The translations under genes were made by a program, and so were the position numbers. From NCBI GenBank assembly GCA_016870815.1, contig VGAI01000001.1:3352-67351 (forward strand): DNA of 64,000 nt, read 5' to 3'. This document shows positions 8,313-18,230 of this stretch, in pieces. The notes beneath the pieces are model-generated. The model saw nothing but the letters and a program-made list of their open reading frames with translations, did no database searches and was not told where the DNA came from. The first letter of the stretch is position 1, and the number at the start of each line of letters is the position of its first letter. The DNA is from Actinomycetota bacterium (GTDB taxonomy: Bacteria > Actinomycetota > Actinomycetes > Nanopelagicales > Nanopelagicaceae).

Positions 8313-9050
8313 TTATCGGCGATTCAATATACGCTGAAAACCCCAGAGAGTTACCTTCCAAAGTGCCTCTATCACGATCGATTTACTCATCTTCGACACC
8401 CCATCAGCTCGCTCAACGAAAGTAATGGGCACTTCTTTGACTCGAAAGCCATTGCGAAGTGTTTCCAGCGCCATCTCGATCTGAAATCCATATCCTTTCG
8501 ATTCGACCTTCTCAAGGTTGATAGAACGAAGGACTTCGGATCGAAAGACTCGATACCCACTCGTGATGTCTCGGAGCTTGATTCCAAGGACCAAGCGAGC
8601 GTAAGTGGTTCCGGCACGTGAGATCAACTCCCGAGAAAACGGCCAATTCACGATTTTGCCACCTGGCATCCACCTCGTGCCTATCGTTAGATCGGCGGAA
8701 CTTTCTGCAATCGGTCGAGTCATCTCCATTAACTCTTCAGGTTGATGGCTTAAATCGGCATCCATTTCAACCAAGAGCTCATAACCATTCGCCAAGCCGA
8801 ACTTGAATCCAGCGATGTAAGCCGGTCCTAAGCCTCCTTTTTCAGATCGATGCATCACATCTATCCACTCTTTACCCATCTGCTCAACGAGGTGGGCGGT
8901 ACCGTCTGGGGAATTGTCATCAATCAGCAACATGTCCAACTCGCCACCAATCAACTCCATGATCGAATCTCGTACTTCTTCGATGCGAGCAATCAACGAA
9001 TGAACTGTTGCTGATTCGTTGTAGGTAGGTACCAAAAGAAGCGCTCTCAT
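8313..9050 (-). CDS. ppm1: Polyprenol monophosphomannose synthase (GT2, Ppm1-like)
   Basis: GT2 signature (LLVPTYNE...DDNSPDGT...DADLSH). Its start overlaps the lnt stop by 4 nt, as in the split Lnt/Ppm1 arrangement of corynebacteria and M. smegmatis. Confidence 0.85.
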   Translation of the reverse strand: MRALLLVPTYNESATVHSLIARIEEVRDSIMELIGGELDMLLIDDNSPDGTAHLVEQMGKEWIDVMHRSEKGGLGPAYIAGFKFGLANGYELLVEMDADLSHQPEELMEMTRPIAESSADLTIGTRWMPGGKIVNWPFSRELISRAGTTYARLVLGIKLRDITSGYRVFRSEVLRSINLEKVESKGYGFQIEMALETLRNGFRVKEVPITFVERADGVSKMSKSIVIEALWKVTLWGFQRILNRR

Positions 9051-10498
9051 GATTGAAGGGTACCTAACCTTCTTCTCTGAATATGGAAGGCAAAAGCAAG
9101 GATTAGCAGAATGAGCGAAAAGGAGAAGATGTGGATTCGGCGTATCGGTGGCAGGGAAGGTGTAGTTGGCGCAACTTCCACCACGAGATGCCCAGACTTG
9201 AAATCGGGAAGTCGTTCCAGTGTCTTGCCATCAGCTGAAATGAGTGCGGTGGGTCCGGTTGTCGCCGCTACCAAAAATGGCAGTTGGTTTTCATACGCCC
9301 TTACTCGCGAAATTTGATATTGCTGGGCACTCTGGGGACTTCGACCAAAGGTTGCGTTATTTGTCTGTATCACGCCGATAGTTGAAACTTTGATAGCTTC
9401 CCTGACAATTTCATCATCGAGCACTTCAAAACAGATAAGCGGTGAAAATGACATGCCACCTACTCGGTGTACCGAAACTCCCCTGCCCGGTACAAAATCC
9501 TTGACAGTATCGACCAGTGGCGAAAACCTGCGAGCGAAATCCCGCAGTGGTACATATTCTCCGAAGGGCACTAAATCGCGTTTTTGATATTGTGAAACAA
9601 GTCCTAAACCAGACTGATAGTGCAAAGAGACATTCTCTGGGCCCGTTTCCGACTGCGTAACCGCGCCGATAACTAAAGACGTCTTCGCCGAGTTTATAAC
9701 TGAATCTATTCGCTTCGAGACAGATGAATTAGTGATTGGGTCAATATCCGAAGCATTCTCCGGCCAGAGAATGAGATCAACTTTTTCAGAGGCAATAAGC
9801 GCCTCAGTTTCGGCGAAATGTCTATTGAATACCTCCTGAGGTGTGGCGTTGAAATCCAATCCCAGTTGAGAAACGCCTCCTTGAATGAGTCCTACACGGT
9901 AAGCCTCATCCCCCCCCGACGTCGCCGATGCTGCTAATGCCGATCCAAACGGGACGATTAGAAACCCAAGAGCCACCAATAAGTTCTTTCGACTTCGAAT
10001 CACAATGGAGCAAGCAATGAAGGCCCCTACCCAACCAACAGTCGCCACTCCCCCAATCCGTAACCATCCCTGGATTGGTCCATCAAGTTGCGAGAAACCT
10101 AAACGCCCCCACCCGAAACCGCCGAAGGGTACGGTGGCTCGCAGGAACTCACTCACCGCAAAGAGCGAGGCGAATACAAATGGAGAGAGTGCGCCCCTAT
10201 TTTGCCCAAACGCCAACAAGGCGAAGAAAAACGATTGACCGAGAATCAAGATGATCCACGGCATGGCACCCACATATATCGAAGTCCAGTGAAGAAGCGG
10301 TCCCAGAAAGCCAAGACCAAAGAGGTACCAAAGACCAAAGCGCACCCTGGTCGAATACGGTTTTGACAGCAGGATCATCAGCATTAGTGAGACAAGTGGT
10401 GCATACCATTGCGAATAAGGTTCAAAACCAAACGAGAAGACGAAACCAACCAGCAAAGCAGCAGCACAGAGAGCGACGATCCTAAAAAACTTTTTCAC
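9047..10498 (-). CDS. lnt: Apolipoprotein N-acyltransferase
   Basis: N-terminal polytopic membrane domain plus a C-terminal nitrilase/CN-hydrolase domain (LILWPE...; ICFE active-site Cys context). I trimmed the track ORF (to 10597) to the GTG at 10498-10496. That start forms a GTGA overlap with the upstream stop and begins right at the first TM helix. Confidence 0.8.
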   Translation of the reverse strand: MKKFFRIVALCAAALLVGFVFSFGFEPYSQWYAPLVSLMLMILLSKPYSTRVRFGLWYLFGLGFLGPLLHWTSIYVGAMPWIILILGQSFFFALLAFGQNRGALSPFVFASLFAVSEFLRATVPFGGFGWGRLGFSQLDGPIQGWLRIGGVATVGWVGAFIACSIVIRSRKNLLVALGFLIVPFGSALAASATSGGDEAYRVGLIQGGVSQLGLDFNATPQEVFNRHFAETEALIASEKVDLILWPENASDIDPITNSSVSKRIDSVINSAKTSLVIGAVTQSETGPENVSLHYQSGLGLVSQYQKRDLVPFGEYVPLRDFARRFSPLVDTVKDFVPGRGVSVHRVGGMSFSPLICFEVLDDEIVREAIKVSTIGVIQTNNATFGRSPQSAQQYQISRVRAYENQLPFLVAATTGPTALISADGKTLERLPDFKSGHLVVEVAPTTPSLPPIRRIHIFSFSLILLILAFAFHIQRRRLGTLQS

Positions 10499-11394
10499 GT
10501 GAGATCCAATGTTGCGACAAGTCGCTCCAGCGTGCTTCCTAAACCCAGCTCTTTTCCAAACTTTCGAAGTGAGATGAGATCGGCGCGCTCGCGCCAAGAT
10601 GCCAAACCAGCTTCATTTAGCTCCAGATCCGTTCGACAGGTGACTAGTTGTTCCGCAATCTCCGCATAATCTCGATCAGCAAGAAGCTTTCTTTGGTGGA
10701 GTGGTCGCAACCGTGAATCAGAGGCATCTGCAGCTCGTATGACCTCGGCCATAGAATCGAAGTGAGCAACAATCTCGGCTGCTCCCTTCTCACCTATTCC
10801 TTTGATCCCAGGCAAACCGTCCGAAGCATCACCTCGGATCGCGGCAAAGAGGTGATACCGATGCGCCGGGATTCCATAACGGGACTCAATGTATGCGCGG
10901 TCGACGAGATCGTGATTCTGAATTCCCTTCGCTAGATAAATGATGCGAATCATCTCCGAGTGGCGAATGAGCTGGAAGAGATCACGGTCCCCTGTCATGA
11001 CTCGTACATCCGAAGGCGCTTTCACAGCGAGGGATGCAATGACATCATCGGCTTCCTGCGAATCAGCTTCAACGATAGCGAGCCCAGCCAGTGTCGCAAC
11101 GTGTAACAACGGTTCAATCTGGGGGGTGAGCAAATCAGGTTCTGCCTCATCTCCTTCGTCGTCTAAACGGTTGGCTTTATATGCCGGAAAAAGTTCGACC
11201 CGCCACCCGGGCCTCCAGTCACCATCCAAACAGAGTGCAATTTCGGTTGGGCGATAACGTGCCACGATCGCTGAGACACCATCGAAAAACCCTTTGATGG
11301 CGTTGATTGGTTCACCTCGAGGGCTAAGAAGCGTCTCAGGCATTCCGTAAAACGCCCTGTACCAGAGCGAGGCTGAATCTACTAAGAGCCTCAC
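10495..11394 (-). CDS. 5'-3' exonuclease (stand-alone Pol I N-terminal / FEN-like, Rv2090-like)
   Basis: MRLLVDSASLWYRAFYG... PIN-like 5'-nuclease N-domain with acidic clusters, plus a helix-3-turn-helix region (GIKGIGEKGAAEI). Confidence 0.85.
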   Translation of the reverse strand: MRLLVDSASLWYRAFYGMPETLLSPRGEPINAIKGFFDGVSAIVARYRPTEIALCLDGDWRPGWRVELFPAYKANRLDDEGDEAEPDLLTPQIEPLLHVATLAGLAIVEADSQEADDVIASLAVKAPSDVRVMTGDRDLFQLIRHSEMIRIIYLAKGIQNHDLVDRAYIESRYGIPAHRYHLFAAIRGDASDGLPGIKGIGEKGAAEIVAHFDSMAEVIRAADASDSRLRPLHQRKLLADRDYAEIAEQLVTCRTDLELNEAGLASWRERADLISLRKFGKELGLGSTLERLVATLDLT

Positions 11395-13751
11395 GCGCTC
11401 ACCGATGCATATCTGATGATGCCTCGATCAATGCTTTTCAGCGCTTCTTGGTACCGAGTCGAATTCATGGTGTCACTTGAAGTCAATTGGCCAAGTAAGT
11501 CAATGATCTGCTTGATATGACGGACGAAATCCCCGATTGAGAGATCGCCCTCCCGCAAAACACTTGATATGGATCCACCGTGACTCCATCTGCTAACACT
11601 CCAACTCATGGAGAAATCGGGCTCACGTTGCGTTGCAAGGCCATGTTTTGCCTCGACGGTTTCGAGTCTCGCCCACAGGGCAACCACATCGCGGACAGCT
11701 TCGCTTATTGACTTCGGAATCCTTGGCAGTTGCTTCTCTTCGCCCCTGGCTTCGAAAAGCAATCCACTAAGGATTGCTGGTAGATCGGCCGTTTCGAGAG
11801 CTGAGAGCACATCTGCCTTAATCAACTCCGCAACCAAGAGATCCGATTCGGCAAAGACACCAAGCAACTTCTTGCCAGAATCGGTTAAGCGCTCCGCCTC
11901 GACATATCCAAGCTCTCGCAAAACTTCAAGGACTCTCTCAAAAGTTCTGGGAATGACATTTCGACGGGACTCAACTTTTTGTGAGAGTGCGAGTGTGTCG
12001 CGTTCTAGCTTTGACCTCTTCTCGTAGATTCTGGAATGGTCTTCTCGCTCGGGGCAGCTATGGCAACTATGTTCTCTCAATTTCCGGCGAAGAATCGTTA
12101 TCCGTTCCGCTCGCTCTTCAAGGGCCTTATGTCTCCTTGATCCACGCTCATTAATCGAAGATTTCTCCAATTCCTTTATCTCAAGTCGCATCTTGAAATA
12201 TGAAGCAAAGTCGCCTTGTTCACAACCTGGCAGGGCCAGTGCCAGCGCCTCTTGATTCTTCGCAATTTGTTCGACGACTCCGCTTAGGGAGCGATCCGCT
12301 TGATACTGAGCATAAGAAAGAGAGAGTGAATCAAGAACTCTCGGGATCGGCAATCGGTTTATCAAGTTCGCACTCATATTGTAGGTAGGCGTGAATGAAG
12401 ACTTCAAAGGGTATGTTCTGGTGCCTGCAAGACTCGCAGCCATCGCTGCATCGATTGAAGGGGTCCAGAGAATCACTGAGTTACCTTCAATATCAATACC
12501 GCGACGCCCTGCTCGCCCAGTCAACTGTGTGTATTCACCGGGCGTGATCATCACATGCGATTCGCCATTCCACTTGATTAACTTCTCAAGGACAACAGTC
12601 CTCGCCGGCATATTGATACCTAGCGCTAACGTCTCGGTTGCGAAGACCACTTTGAGGTAACCCTCCTTGAAAAGACCTTCGATGATTTCCTTAAACAAAG
12701 GCAGGAGCCCAGCATGGTGAACCGCTATTCCACGTTCCCAAATCGCCGCCCATTCATGAAATTCCAAAGCTGCTAGGTCTTCTGCGGGCAGATGCGAAGT
12801 CCTACTCTGCACATATTCAGCTATCTGCGATTTTTCATACCCAGAGGTCAGATCAATACCGTCTCGAAAACACCTTTTCGCAGCGAGATCGCATCCATTG
12901 CGTGAGAAGATAAAAAAGATGGCAGGCAGCAACCCTTCATCATCTAGCTTTGCGATGATCTCACTCTTATCCAAGACGCCGCTATCGCGCCCTCTTCCTT
13001 TGAACTGAGTGCGTTGTATGGCCCGACGTTCTTCACGGAGCAAATCCTTATTGATTTTTCCTGGCGATTCAAAGAGGTCGAGCAACCGATGACCGACAAG
13101 AACATGTTGATAGAGCGGAACGGGTCGCTCCTCGCTCAAAACCACTTCAGTGCGCCCTCGTACCGTCCCTAGCCATTCACCAAATTCCTCAACGTTTGAA
13201 ACTGTCGCAGAGAGTGAAACCACGAGAACTTCGGGATCGAGGTGGATCAAGATTTCTTCCCAGACCGCCCCACGGAACTTATCTGCCAGGTAGTGAACTT
13301 CATCCATGACAACAAATGCAAGGTTTACCAAGGCTGGCGATTGCGCATAGATCATATTTCTCAGTACCTCAGTAGTCATCACGAGAATCTGCGCATCGGA
13401 GTTAACATTTGTATCTCCGGTCAAGAGTCCAACTCTCTCAGTGCCGTGAGCCTCGACAAGGTCTAGGTACTTCTGATTTGATAGCGCTTTTATTGGTGTG
13501 GTGTAGAAGCATTTTCGACCTTCCTCCAAGGCTCGGAAGATCGCGAACTCACCTACAACGGTTTTTCCTGATCCTGTAGGAGCCGCCACGAGGATTCCGC
13601 TTTCGTCCTCGAGCGCCTGGCAAGCCTTGATCTGAAAATCGTCCAGTTCAAAAGGATAAAGTGATGCGAACTTTCGGGTTACTGGATGTGACTTACCCTT
13701 TCTAGCACGAATAAAATTCTCTGCCGGTGAGAGAGTCATAGTGATTTCCAT
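11391..13751 (-). CDS. helY: Ski2-like DEAD/DEAH-box helicase (HelY-like)
   Basis: Motif I AAPTGSGKT, motif II MDEVHYL, motif III SAT, motif VI HHAGLLP...TGRAGRRG. An alternative ATG at 13739 gives a canonical ATGA overlap with the upstream stop. Confidence 0.85.
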   Translation of the reverse strand: MEITMTLSPAENFIRARKGKSHPVTRKFASLYPFELDDFQIKACQALEDESGILVAAPTGSGKTVVGEFAIFRALEEGRKCFYTTPIKALSNQKYLDLVEAHGTERVGLLTGDTNVNSDAQILVMTTEVLRNMIYAQSPALVNLAFVVMDEVHYLADKFRGAVWEEILIHLDPEVLVVSLSATVSNVEEFGEWLGTVRGRTEVVLSEERPVPLYQHVLVGHRLLDLFESPGKINKDLLREERRAIQRTQFKGRGRDSGVLDKSEIIAKLDDEGLLPAIFFIFSRNGCDLAAKRCFRDGIDLTSGYEKSQIAEYVQSRTSHLPAEDLAALEFHEWAAIWERGIAVHHAGLLPLFKEIIEGLFKEGYLKVVFATETLALGINMPARTVVLEKLIKWNGESHVMITPGEYTQLTGRAGRRGIDIEGNSVILWTPSIDAAMAASLAGTRTYPLKSSFTPTYNMSANLINRLPIPRVLDSLSLSYAQYQADRSLSGVVEQIAKNQEALALALPGCEQGDFASYFKMRLEIKELEKSSINERGSRRHKALEERAERITILRRKLREHSCHSCPEREDHSRIYEKRSKLERDTLALSQKVESRRNVIPRTFERVLEVLRELGYVEAERLTDSGKKLLGVFAESDLLVAELIKADVLSALETADLPAILSGLLFEARGEEKQLPRIPKSISEAVRDVVALWARLETVEAKHGLATQREPDFSMSWSVSRWSHGGSISSVLREGDLSIGDFVRHIKQIIDLLGQLTSSDTMNSTRYQEALKSIDRGIIRYASVSA

Positions 13752-14626
13752 ACCCTTATCGCATTGGGAAGGACTCGAAAGTCGATAGGGAGAGTGCCAA
13801 AATCTTCTCCGTCTGCATACACCGATGTTTCGGCCTCAAGCCTGCCTTCAGCGCCTCGATAGACCTTGAAGCGTGGGTGGTCGATATGAGTACCAGAAAA
13901 GACTTTTGGAAAAACCCTGAGTAACTCAAAGCGAGAAACCGGTTCCAAAACCGCAACCTCAATCAATCCATCGTGAGGTGACGAATTGGGCGAAATCCGC
14001 ATTCCGCCACCGTATGAGGTGGAGTTTGCCACAGCTACGAAGAGCGCCTCAAAGGCCCTTTCATTTCCATCCAAAATCAATCGATAACTAGTTGCCTTAA
14101 GACGGGTAAGTTCTTGGAGCATCGCCACGACATACTTCAGCTTGCCCTTCACTCGCCTCATGGCATTTGCCCGACGATTAACATTTGCATCAAATCCAGT
14201 AGCTGCAATTTCAACGCATGGTCGCTCATCTATCAGGAGCAGGTCTAGGCGGTGAGGATCCCTTCTACAGATCAGGTCAATCAAATTATCGTCCGACAGG
14301 CCAAAAGTTCCACAGGTGCGAGAGAAGTCATTAGCTGTTCCCTCAGCCACCACCAATATCGGAGTATCTCCTGCCGCCTTATGTACTTCTGAGACAACGG
14401 CATTGACGAGACCATCACCACCAACTATGAGAATCCCTCTTGGCGAGTTGTTCACCAAGCTTGCTCTCAACTCGACCAAACAGCTCTCTAGTGTGCTGCC
14501 ACTCACCTCAGTCGCGAAATGACCTCTCGCTTGGAGTTTCTCCTTGAGGCTGCTACTTCGAACGCTAGCCCTACCTCTGCCTGAAAATCTGTTCGAAACA
14601 ATGAGCCAAGAGTTGTCGTTCATCAA
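13736..14626 (-). CDS. Diacylglycerol kinase family lipid kinase
   Basis: DAGK catalytic-domain pattern (LIVSNRFSGRGRA ... ILIVGGDGLVNAVV). 4-nt overlap with the tatC stop. Confidence 0.8.
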   Translation of the reverse strand: MMNDNSWLIVSNRFSGRGRASVRSSSLKEKLQARGHFATEVSGSTLESCLVELRASLVNNSPRGILIVGGDGLVNAVVSEVHKAAGDTPILVVAEGTANDFSRTCGTFGLSDDNLIDLICRRDPHRLDLLLIDERPCVEIAATGFDANVNRRANAMRRVKGKLKYVVAMLQELTRLKATSYRLILDGNERAFEALFVAVANSTSYGGGMRISPNSSPHDGLIEVAVLEPVSRFELLRVFPKVFSGTHIDHPRFKVYRGAEGRLEAETSVYADGEDFGTLPIDFRVLPNAIRVWKSL

Positions 14627-15444
14627 ACTTCATCGATCGGTTTTGCTGGATCTATTTCTTCGGACTCATCATCGGCAATCTTTGGTGAATCTTTTCCGCG
14701 TCTCTTGTCAAGAAAGATGGAGAGGCCGCAGGCGCCAAAAAAGAGAATTGTTAAAGGAAGTGCGAGTGCACCCATGGTTACCGGGTCACCGGTGGGTGTA
14801 AGAGCTGCGGTGAAGAAAAAGATTGAGAAAACCGCGATACGCCATGGCTTGATCATCGCTCGTCCTCGAACTAATCCAAGGAGGTTGAGCGCAACTAGTA
14901 CGACAGGCAATTCGAAGGCAATCCCAAAAACAAGAATGAGACGTATGACAAAATCGAGATATTCGTCAAAACGCACCAAGTTCTCTAAAGTGCTTGGCGT
15001 AAAGCCGAGAAGTACCTTGACTGCCAATGGAAGGATGAAATAGCCAAGTGCGACCCCCATCGCGAAAAACGGCGTCGCGATGCCAATAAAACCCACTGTG
15101 TACTTCTTTTCGCGTTTATGGAGTCCCGGGGCTATAAATGCCCAGAGTTGATAGAGCCAGAATGGAGTGGCAAGAATGATTCCAGTAATGAGGGCGACCT
15201 TAATCTTGAGATTGAGTGGGCCGAGAACACCGCCAACGAAAAGGTTGCCACATTCGTCAGATCCACTCGCTCTCGCCGCGGCAAGGTCACAAATCGGCAG
15301 AGTTAGCTGATCAACTATAGGGTTATAGAAATTCCATCCGATTAGAGCGAACGCAACAACAAAAAGAAGCGCCCTGACAATTCGCTTCCGGAACTCCGCG
15401 AGGTGAGCCAGAACGGGCATGCGTCCTTCACGGTTACGTGCCAT
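14623..15444 (-). CDS. tatC: Twin-arginine translocase subunit TatC
   Basis: Six-TM protein with the typical N-terminus (MPVLAHLAEFRKRIV). Sits adjacent to tatA. Confidence 0.9.
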   Translation of the reverse strand: MARNREGRMPVLAHLAEFRKRIVRALLFVVAFALIGWNFYNPIVDQLTLPICDLAAARASGSDECGNLFVGGVLGPLNLKIKVALITGIILATPFWLYQLWAFIAPGLHKREKKYTVGFIGIATPFFAMGVALGYFILPLAVKVLLGFTPSTLENLVRFDEYLDFVIRLILVFGIAFELPVVLVALNLLGLVRGRAMIKPWRIAVFSIFFFTAALTPTGDPVTMGALALPLTILFFGACGLSIFLDKRRGKDSPKIADDESEEIDPAKPIDEV

Positions 15445-15472
15445 GAGCGAGAACCTACGATTGAACTACGAC

Positions 15473-15661
15473 TTAGGCCTTCTTCTCCCCATCGTCAGTT
15501 TTTTCGTCTCCCTCAAGGGCCTTCATCTCACTCTTGAATATACGCATTGAGCGTCCAAGCGAACGAGCAGAGTCAGGTAGGCGTTTTGCGCCAAACAACA
15601 CCAATGCAAGTATTAGGAGAACGATTATTGTCTGGCTGCTTGTTAGAAGAAGTGACTTCAT
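15473..15661 (-). CDS. tatA: Twin-arginine translocase subunit TatA
   Basis: 62 aa. One TM helix followed by the hinge and amphipathic helix [24 protein letters not shown]. Confidence 0.85.
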   Translation of the reverse strand: MKSLLLTSSQTIIVLLILALVLFGAKRLPDSARSLGRSMRIFKSEMKALEGDEKTDDGEKKA

Positions 15662-15753
15662 TTTTCCCCCAGGTCGATAGAACTGTGCTCTGGGCCAAGT
15701 GGACCGAGTGCGATGCGAAGTTTATCAGTAGCAATTAGACGAGAAAAGACCGT

Positions 15754-16668
15754 TTACACAGCGATTTCTAAATATTCCCGTATCTTCGCGTCAAGTTCAA
15801 GTATTCCCCTCACTGAAAGTACTAAGTCGCTGATTGAGGCCAGGGTACGCACCAACCATATCTCGTCCCAATATTCCATCGTCAGAGAAATGCTCCCCTC
15901 TTCACTATCAAGATCTATTTCGGTGATAAAGGCGGCGTAACGCTTCGTCCACCAATGTGCATCTCTTGAAAGCACAGCTTGTATCAACATCGGTTCCTCA
16001 GGATTACTGCTCAGATGTCGATCAACGTCCTCGAAACTCTGGTCGCTACGTATCTCGCTCATACGTGTAAGAAAGAAGTTCCTAACCCCTTTCGCCTCAA
16101 TGTCATAAGCTCGTAGCAGAGGCTGACCTGAGCGCCAGTAAATCTCGATTGGTCGCACCAGACGCGATGAAGCTCTCACACCGGTGAGTGGAAGGTAATC
16201 AAACAAGAGACTTTCTTCTCTATGTATCGAGCGAAGAATCACCTTCTCCTTTTCCGAAACTTCCATTTCTACTGCCGTCACTTGGTCATCCTTTAGGATC
16301 GTGTCAATCCGCCGTAAGAGCTTCTCTGCAACTTCTCGCGAGGGATCAGGCGAGTCAATAAAACTCAAGAGTGTCTTGATACCGAGGAAGAGAACCACGA
16401 TTTGCCCAACCTCCATCGAAGGAGGTAGATCGAGCGATTGCGGCTCTTGCACAGACGCTAGGTCTGATTCCAAAGCTACCTCAATAAGTAAATCAGGTGT
16501 GTACCCCGGCATACCTGACATAAAAGCAATTTCAAGGTCGCGCGTGATGATCTCTGCCGGAACTTCAAAATCACTCGCGAGTTCAGAAATTTTTTCACTC
16601 CGACCATGAAGATATGGAATGAGCTCAAGGATTCGTTTGACTCGGTCTAAGGCAGTTTCAACGGCCAT
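15754..16668 (-). CDS. pafC: WYL-domain transcriptional regulator PafC
   Basis: HTH-WYL-WCX-type architecture. N-terminal LDRVKRILELIPYLH... It overlaps the pafB stop by 11 nt and sits in the pafB-pafC-tatA-tatC order seen in mycobacteria. Confidence 0.8.
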   Translation of the reverse strand: MAVETALDRVKRILELIPYLHGRSEKISELASDFEVPAEIITRDLEIAFMSGMPGYTPDLLIEVALESDLASVQEPQSLDLPPSMEVGQIVVLFLGIKTLLSFIDSPDPSREVAEKLLRRIDTILKDDQVTAVEMEVSEKEKVILRSIHREESLLFDYLPLTGVRASSRLVRPIEIYWRSGQPLLRAYDIEAKGVRNFFLTRMSEIRSDQSFEDVDRHLSSNPEEPMLIQAVLSRDAHWWTKRYAAFITEIDLDSEEGSISLTMEYWDEIWLVRTLASISDLVLSVRGILELDAKIREYLEIAV

Positions 16669-17638
16669 TAATCAACCTCGTTCTCAAGCCAGTCAAATCT
16701 CCACGGACCGATTCGGGCGACAGAACTTCAAAGTGGGCAGAGAGTGAGAGGAGAATTCGAAGGAGCCTCTCGGTATTCGGTGTCTGAAAGGAAATTTCTG
16801 AAAGATCTTCACCTTCTTTGATTACATTGCCGCCTTCTAATTCAAAGAATGGTGTGTACTGATTCGCTACGCGAACAACCACCTCGAAAAGCTGCTGATG
16901 AACGCCAGCAAATTCTTGACTAAGATCAAACGCTCCCTCGTGAAGTTCCCCCTCTGAAGGTTCAATTTTTCCTAAGATCTGGAAGAGATTGAAGGTCCTG
17001 ATTCCAATTCTTTCATGATCAAATCCAATGACGAACCACTCTCCGTTCTTACGGCCTATCGCTCTTGGCGAGATCACTCGAGTACTAACTGGCCCCACTG
17101 CCTCCCCTTGATACGTAAAAGTTATCCTTCTTCGTTCTCGGATCGCGAGGAAAACTTCAACTACGCGTCCATCAGGTAGATCCATTCCATGCCTGATCTC
17201 ATTGACTATTGATTCACCTATGATCTCTGTTGCCGAGCTTGCTGCGAGGATTCGTCTTTTCAAGGCTCGATTTCCCTTTGATTCAACCTTGCTTCGCATC
17301 AGTTCAAAAGCGGCATTGATGACGAGATATTCCTCAGAGGAGAGATTTCCTAGCTGGAATCCATATTCAGATCTGACTATGCGATATCCCTGCTCGTCAT
17401 CAAAAAGTGGATCTAGTGACGAGACCTCAATCGGAATCCCAATCTTTCGCAACTCTTCTTTGTCTCGTTCAAACATCCGTTCACGCGCTTCGATGGAGCC
17501 CGAATATCCCGGGATCTCCTTAAGAATCTGACTCTTCTTCATATAACTTCTAGTTCCAAGAAGAGCAATCACAAGATTTAGAAGTCGCTCTGTTTTCTCA
17601 TCGGTACCAAGATTGAGAACCTCTTCGTTATCGCTCAC
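16658..17638 (-). CDS. pafB: WYL-domain transcriptional regulator PafB
   Basis: N-terminal winged HTH (ERLLNLVIALLGTRSYMKKSQILKEIPGY). The central WYL-like region is paired with pafC. GTG start. Confidence 0.8.
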   Translation of the reverse strand: MSDNEEVLNLGTDEKTERLLNLVIALLGTRSYMKKSQILKEIPGYSGSIEARERMFERDKEELRKIGIPIEVSSLDPLFDDEQGYRIVRSEYGFQLGNLSSEEYLVINAAFELMRSKVESKGNRALKRRILAASSATEIIGESIVNEIRHGMDLPDGRVVEVFLAIRERRRITFTYQGEAVGPVSTRVISPRAIGRKNGEWFVIGFDHERIGIRTFNLFQILGKIEPSEGELHEGAFDLSQEFAGVHQQLFEVVVRVANQYTPFFELEGGNVIKEGEDLSEISFQTPNTERLLRILLSLSAHFEVLSPESVRGDLTGLRTRLINGR

Positions 17639-17738
17639 CCTCTTAGGGTACTTAGTGGTGGCGCCCCGCCTCAGAAGCTCTCTGGCTTACTGCTAAAGTT
17701 CGGCGGCTGAAAGTTCTGCGACTAGGGGGCTGACAAGA

Positions 17739-18230
17739 ATGAAGAAAGCTTTACGGACAATTCTGTTGTTTTCTCTCCTGGCGACTCTCTCAGCCTGTGG
17801 CACGAACGATGAGACAGGAGAATCTGTGACACCGAGCTCAAACATTCCGGTCGTGACGGGCAATTTCGGTGAGGAACCTTCCTTCGAGATACCGCTCACT
17901 GATCCTCCAGCTGAACTCCAAACCGTAGACTTGATTCTCGGTACTGGTGCAACTGTCAACGCGAATTCTTTCCTCACGGTCAACTACTCGCTCAAGGCAT
18001 GGACATCCGGTCAACTCGTTGAATCGAGTTTCGCATCTGGACCTGCCGAGTTCCCTCTCTCCGGCGTCATCGCCGGATGGCAGCAGGGATTACTAGGAGT
18101 CAAGGAAGGCGGCAGAAGACTTTTGGTGATCCCGCCAGATCTTGGATATGGGGATCAAGGAGCGGGCGCTGCAATCCCGCCGGGAGAAACTCTCGTCTTT
18201 GTTGTCGATGTGATTAAGGCCGTTGGCTAA
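17739..18230 (+). CDS. FKBP-type peptidyl-prolyl cis-trans isomerase, predicted lipoprotein
   Basis: Signal peptide with lipobox (LLATLSAC|G). FKBP core (VNYSLKAWTSGQLVESSF...GVIAGWQQGLLGVKEGGRRLLVIPPDLGYG...PPGETLVFVVD). Confidence 0.85.
   Translation: MKKALRTILLFSLLATLSACGTNDETGESVTPSSNIPVVTGNFGEEPSFEIPLTDPPAELQTVDLILGTGATVNANSFLTVNYSLKAWTSGQLVESSFASGPAEFPLSGVIAGWQQGLLGVKEGGRRLLVIPPDLGYGDQGAGAAIPPGETLVFVVDVIKAVG

Noticed and set aside
17722-17737. TTGTCAG (minus strand) upstream of pafB as a possible autoregulatory RDRM, and the direct repeat AAAGTTC x2 (17695-17701, 17710-17716).
   Set aside because: No TAnnnT lies at the required 8-nt spacing after TTGTCAGCC. The 7-mer repeat is short and unsupported by any known operator. 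I record it only as a curiosity.
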